Made by a program: the position numbers and the translations under genes | Notes under the pieces: model-generated | What the model was told of the DNA's origin: nothing | Databases searched by the model: none | The model's input: the letters and a program-made list of their open reading frames with translations, nothing else | From: a bacterium | Lineage (GTDB): Bacteria; Zhuqueibacterota; Zhuqueibacteria; Oceanimicrobiales; Oceanimicrobiaceae | Assembly: GCA_046757165.1 (NCBI GenBank) | Contig: JBHHXT010000044.1 | Coordinates: 1 to 29,656, forward strand | DNA length: 29,656 nt | Reading direction: 5' to 3' | Shown: positions 28,329-29,656 of the stretch, piece after piece | Numbering within the stretch: the first letter of the stretch is position 1 | Layout: each line of letters begins with the position of its first letter

Positions 28329-28490
28329 GGATCGAAATAGGTTGGCTTGTGGGAAAGGATCAGCTAAGCTGTCCCCCGCTCTCCTGGCGCTCCCTCACAA
28401 ATCTGAGCTATGGGATTGCCCCAACGCTCAACGCAATATGGTGAATTCCATCCCAAGAGCTGAGACAAACCTGCCCGTCGTCGACTCTGT
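28303..28490 (-). ncRNA. Candidate structured non-coding RNA (unassigned)
   Basis: Nested complementary segments form two branched domains closed by an outer stem. Wobble extensions favour the minus strand, which ends in a terminator-like hairpin. No family was recognised. Confidence 0.4.
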
Positions 28491-28596
28491 TTTGATAGGA
28501 GCGGGTCTGAACTGCAGGTTAGAAAACTGTTTGTTTTATCGATTCAAAAAGTTACATTTTATTTGTTCCTAACCCGTTGGATGTGAAACCACAAAT

Positions 28597-29656
28597 ATGC
28601 GCGAAATCGTTTTCTTACAACAAAACGCTGACAAGTGGAAGAAGATTGAATCCCATTTGAACGGACGTGAGCGGCTGAACCCGGACCTGCTTGCCGACGT
28701 CTTTGTCCAGTTGACCGACGATTTGTCCTATGCCAGGACATTCTACCCGGACAGCAACACGATGCGGTATTTGAATGGTCTGACAGCGAAGGTGCATCAA
28801 CGACTCTACCGCAACAAAAAGGAAAAGAAAAGCCGCCTGTGGAATTTCTTCCGATTTGAATATCCGCTTCTGATCGGGAGCGCACATAAAGAAGTGCTGG
28901 TCTCCTTCTCGATCTTCTCCCTGGCGACCTTGATCGGCGTTGTCTCGACGCTTTACGACGACACATTTGTGCGCCTCATCCTGGGCGATTCTTATGTCAA
29001 TATGACACTGGAAAACATCAGACAAAACGACCCCATGGCCGTGTACAAGCAGATGCACGGCATCGACATGTTTATGGGGATCACGGTAAACAACATTCAG
29101 GTTTCATTCATGGCCTTTGCCGCCGGCGTACTACTGTCGTTTGGCACTGGCTTTATTCTGTTTCAGAATGGCGTAATGTTGGGCGCGTTTCATGCCTTTT
29201 TTTACCAGAAGGGGCTGCTCACGACGGCGGTGAAATCCATCTGGCTGCACGGCACGCTGGAGATCTCCGCCATCGTTATCGCGGGTGCAGCGGGCCTGGT
29301 GATAGGGAACAGCTTGCTTTTTCCCGGGACGTTCACGCGCCGGCAAGCTTTCCTGGCGGGAGCACGCAAGGGCATGAAAATGGTCATCGGCATGGTTCCT
29401 GTCTTCGTCATCGCTGGCTTTCTGGAGGGCTTTGTCACACGGCACACAGACCTGCCACCTGCCCTGAACCTGGCTATCATTCTAAGCTCGCTTGTGCTTT
29501 TCATTTTTTATGTTGGTATCTATCCCAGATGGGTGATTCTGAGGCGTCGCCGGCAGGCCCAAAACCCGATTCAGGGCCGAGGCCTGGTGACGTTCAAAAT
29601 AGGAGTGCAATGCTTCAGCATTGCGACACATAGAGTTCGCAAGAAGCTGAAAAGCT
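28597..29656 (+). CDS. Stage II sporulation protein M family (DUF95) membrane protein, 3' end outside the window
   Basis: Translated by hand: MREIVFLQQNADKW...DLLADVFVQLTDDLSYARTFYP...RYLNGL...LILGDSYVNMTLENI..NDPMAVYK...ITVNNIQVSF...NGVMLGAF...IWLHGTLEISAIVIAGAAGL...FLEGFVTR. No stop before the window end, so it is missing from the ORF track. Confidence 0.93.
   Translation, partial: MREIVFLQQNADKWKKIESHLNGRERLNPDLLADVFVQLTDDLSYARTFYPDSNTMRYLNGLTAKVHQRLYRNKKEKKSRLWNFFRFEYPLLIGSAHKEVLVSFSIFSLATLIGVVSTLYDDTFVRLILGDSYVNMTLENIRQNDPMAVYKQMHGIDMFMGITVNNIQVSFMAFAAGVLLSFGTGFILFQNGVMLGAFHAFFYQKGLLTTAVKSIWLHGTLEISAIVIAGAAGLVIGNSLLFPGTFTRRQAFLAGARKGMKMVIGMVPVFVIAGFLEGFVTRHTDLPPALNLAIILSSLVLFIFYVGIYPRWVILRRRRQAQNPIQGRGLVTFKIGVQCFSIATHRVRKKLKS

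Noticed and set aside
28339..28476. Cobalamin or c-di-AMP riboswitch call
   Set aside because: Fragments resemble them (GGGAA, CTGTCCCCCGC, ACCTGCC; TCAGCTAA), but GGTGAATTCC is out of order, the GCAACTGT/B12-box elements are missing and the ydaO core is absent. Left as an unassigned candidate RNA.
28127..29504. ORF-track entries 28127-28444, 28324-28572, 28559-28966, 28615-29058, 29131-29445, 29202-29504
   Set aside because: Intergenic noise or antisense to the real SpoIIM-family gene starting at 28597.
28597..29656. Sporulation function implied by the SpoIIM and SPOR names
   Set aside because: Both families are widespread in non-sporulating diderms, and the window encodes outer-membrane machinery.

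Overview
GC-rich diderm bacterial chromosomal segment; gene style suggests an FCB-like lineage such as KSB1/Calditrichota, but that is inference only. No rRNA, tRNA, CRISPR array or mobile-element gene was recognised. Left to right: (1) sugar-phosphate block: 5'-truncated tkt, stand-alone cupin/PMI, pgi, and a convergent class I fbp; (2) MacAB/FtsEX-type exporter operon on the minus strand (adaptor, ATPase, two permeases, no TolC); (3) a ~13 kb envelope/peptidoglycan cluster: SPOR + TolB-like lipoprotein, membrane-anchored lytic transglycosylase, zincin + PD40 propeller + Omp85 barrel protein, a putative sigma54-driven 72-aa protein, M16 peptidase, MltD-like SLT-LysM protein, and a divergent GYF_2-FlhG/MinD ATPase with a Cys4 tail; (4) rocD, a secreted M1 aminopeptidase, a membrane protein and a 3'-truncated SpoIIM-family gene absent from the ORF track. 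The most interesting unexplained signals are non-coding: a highly nested ~190-nt candidate structured RNA (28303-28490), an attenuator/sRNA-like leader before the SLT-LysM gene (21826-21920), a sigma54 module around the small ORF, an inverted heptamer array in the rocD leader, and a cluster of TGCA-centred palindromes.
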